Source: Rhynchopus sp. YZ270_cl-10 (taxonomy: Eukaryota). From it: a stretch of 64,000 nt of DNA. Location of the stretch: NCBI GenBank assembly GCA_964035575.1, contig OZ037845.1:62001-126000 (forward strand), given 5' to 3'. Of this stretch, positions 63,301 through 64,000 are shown piece after piece. Below the pieces are notes generated by a model that saw only the letters and a list, made by a program, of their open reading frames with translations, was not told the origin of the DNA and did not search any database. Positions within the stretch are counted from its first letter, which is position 1. Each line of letters begins with the position of its first letter. Position numbers and translations under genes: made by a program.

Positions 63301-64000
63301 TCGGTGTTCGCTTTTCCCTTCTGCCACGCTTCACTTCCTGACTCGAAATCGACACCGACACCGAAGCTTTGCTCGAATGACTTGCCACACTCGAGGTACG
63401 TCGGTGTGCTGTGCGTGGGGTACGTGTGTGCGACTCTTTTGAAGGTGTACGCGGTAACTCTTCACGACCCCTGCTCGTATCTTGACTGGTGGCAGACGCC
63501 GACGCCGAGGCAGATGCTGAGACAGACGCTTTGCTCGAGGAACGCGTCCCCCTGCTGGATTTGTTCCGCTGTCCCTTCTTCGCCCTTGACTCATCGCCAC
63601 TGTTGGGGGTCTGGGTGTGCTCGAGGCTGGACATGGAGGCTTGGCTGGACTCCTTGCTGCTCTTCTCTGGGGGATGCTGCGTAGCGGGGCGGGAGTGCGC
63701 CATCCTCGACTGCGACCTGCGCGAGCCCGACAGCACAGAGGACGGACTTTTGATGGAGAAGCCTTCGCTAGGGAGAAGCGCCTCGTCGCTGCTGCTGGCG
63801 ATGCTGGGGAGCTTAGGAGGGCGTGACGAGGAGCGCTTCGTAGACAGTGCCGTTAGCTCGGTACGTTCGTCCTCGCGGATCTCCTCCCAACGCCGCTGTC
63901 GCTCTTCTCCATCCCGCGTCGCACGGTCCTTAGCAGACGTGTTCCTCCTGCGAGCACGCTCCCTCTCCCGCTCTGTCTCCTTCTCCTCTCGTTGCCTGTT
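57398..64000 (-). CDS. Large disordered Ser/Arg-rich protein with PH domain and RanBP2-type Zn finger (5' end outside the window)
   Basis: Frame is open to the window edge; PH-like GVWAKRH..LRWVILSEDMTELKWY..IDFTAADRSAW; WTCSACTFKNHDFATRCDIC; two CPxC..FC..G..H motifs; REKRTPVRELQGRT repeats. Confidence 0.88.
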   Translation of the reverse strand, partial: NRQREEKETERERERARRRNTSAKDRATRDGEERQRRWEEIREDERTELTALSTKRSSSRPPKLPSIASSSDEALLPSEGFSIKSPSSVLSGSRRSQSRMAHSRPATQHPPEKSSKESSQASMSSLEHTQTPNSGDESRAKKGQRNKSSRGTRSSSKASVSASASASASATSQDTSRGREELPRTPSKESHTRTPRTAHRRTSSVASHSSKASVSVSISSQEVKRGRREKRTPIREQQGKSATPTRRSRKASISASTSSQEAPQDLKHPREKRTPVRELQGRTASREHRSHSSKATTSSQELSKDTPERKQGMPGRTASHESRSHVSISASTSSQEVTQEQKPREKRTPVRELQGRTSSRESRSHTSISASTSTQEITQEQKRPREKRTPVRELQGRTASRESRSHSSKATTSSQEVTTDTPERKQPREKRTPIRELQGRTSSRESRSHSSIKQSSSEDVPSNRERRTASKEKRKSVRRSRSGKASNALDTDISSPALSSADLVPKDRVLTSTLSSVEGQQRTKSPCFRRSRNTSMPWPGKSERRHSDESVDKANRTPRHTPVRTGNSPPKRDRSPLPCSEEKKRMLQDFAKNREGRGALFNYAELELYYDEVKAKSALTASELAHLKHLEELEKEMLTRQTEQGAQTSEDSTDDTHRPRVFRPNSPLRVPSNEYDSEDAFMYLSKELPPSHSAPNFSPTRSTAYTPHLLETHGSNLSHVHAEAQRRGVVLNLNFTPGGVNMATGDPHDTWNNTPQERSGMATPQVHTRHRSTSPLTLPEVNNTPASTHTRDFLGEVQDTIAERSVPTGRERRGQTSTKGVQTSDKLLDGVREEARSQTPPRKRNHTPQSERKHEKKGREVRKAVDSDTSSEWRTKHTSKRRIRSLSPSSTSHSSYRREGRYGREEKNNVLSGLSSLSSSSVPIGSASKHDTYKDTSSTGSSLPPPPRPTRQGTKGQKREEREWDGSLDERTDERAPSPAEVPKAFQRKTEHATETRVRRGTSHDRREARLSEHNLSSLEGHEHRREESVRRGTIHPSTPNAHNRSRTADPSSRTRHRTGFEEADGHPTTVRRNKGHGHVHRPEVRRELMSDSDGRTHTEQTGLSSSESTATPLNAERRRSAGQSSYSSQYTSADRVVTKRNIQSEIAAIKSETQADLSTSSRADHSFDPLTPLSTAQPSTPLSTARRHKTQPSSLIEAPGRSYSESPPRRRSPSAGIEDFSLPSVGGRVSPTPTKAHGDWRTPDRSTVPEYWDSKDSPPMRAAPHVPSPTPKEKIHQSRNVNANVRMREDIQHIQGGKYAKGKEVHSDHEDERRESPSRIRVRQEMDAQRHKRESPRRTIQARTRVKQARQDAHNDSFGSAFTDEHGNSYVVAVDPESLNELSRSADASFADTSTEGFDAMFDVVVPAFHKNMHGDEPGKDVRTNEQRELGWKGGVAVLPSKFLDKKPAESDDSGLDTEKEFLHQAMQGKVSAPYSGFPRPKVVSEDVVTPVKRATQEGEEQPDAEGTPAAVEPPLRGEHPSGSLRSLYEQHLSIRGSLLTCPDCERDPTQHGFCTATGVPHLAHIQCPYCKKPTQSCKFCPVAGASHEEIANGVKYSHAGSIERMRDTTAAAGFLVPELELPEFDRTNKSSNDGQRTEPAMQQPDISDLSPPTTPSLPGTAADAALEPSVEDLAEPDTLAVSQESQASHVSQASEPQPVITVTVDVPTPIVYADPFDGAEIKFVASSSGAGKTMCYMLDGEARPDFKQMRYQGEKRLFFPDTNRIADLPTTDKLGTLRKICQMAEWAGVEHDVPDVTLQPSPSAHNLNLHRDGSMLYSERTHATSSSSATGEEEGSTASDASGELYSESPRVDSEAMSDLLLQSLKNAHSGVWAKRHSTTEGAVSHLRWVILSEDMTELKWYTKPENADPRQSVSLASTQAVQYQHGSVNGWYQDAEAATKKDPQILPFCRYKFTLLRTEKNIDFTAADRSAWLALRLGIETAIAVRKGHGAPKSAGKALWELACYTYLAFKYNAEGKLNQKYIEYMMKESKEIKFPRRAATKSPPTPQTQLSLDASHLQSEDSVAAARLASSFGTSSVPQATPTAPPAPPAASAAPAAPVPVGEASTGWTCSACTFKNHDFATRCDICATTRPTVRAQEMPLSVNSKTRAPSPGGRGRGAPLARSALLAGTPKGQGGTSPPRGRSRGRALPAALRPA

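Overview
Eukaryotic nuclear DNA, probably from a protist. The long intron-less same-strand host genes and CRE-clade retroelements suggest a euglenozoan such as a diplonemid; this is inference only. The first ~47.4 kb is a nested transposon cluster. (1) A Helitron region holds a RepHel with a C-terminal OTU protease whose helicase lacks Walker A, a separate 189-aa mini HUH-Rep, a zinc-finger gene carrying a duplicated OTU tail, palindromes and (GCGGGTTT)n arrays. (2) A 1.38-kb densely base-paired non-coding segment contains a complete group I ribozyme core (subgroup ID-like) outside rDNA, joined to a retrotransposon. (3) Two near-identical head-to-tail CRE-clade non-LTR elements (family A) follow; the full-length copy starts exactly at an HDV-like ribozyme. 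(4) A 6.18-kb RAG1/Transib-like DNA transposon with 26-bp CAC TIRs, a TA target duplication and an alpha-crystallin-like second ORF is inserted in the first CRE copy. (5) A divergent CRE family B lies on the minus strand, with an extra 5'-truncated copy flanked by a TSD. Both CRE families encode two OTU-like protease domains, the first preceded by a ubiquitin-like LxGG motif. The remaining ~16 kb holds two large minus-strand host genes (a secreted Cys-rich/HYR-like protein and a partial PH + RanBP2 zinc-finger protein) and a decayed paralog fragment. All assignments come from motifs and base pairing read by eye; no searches were run.
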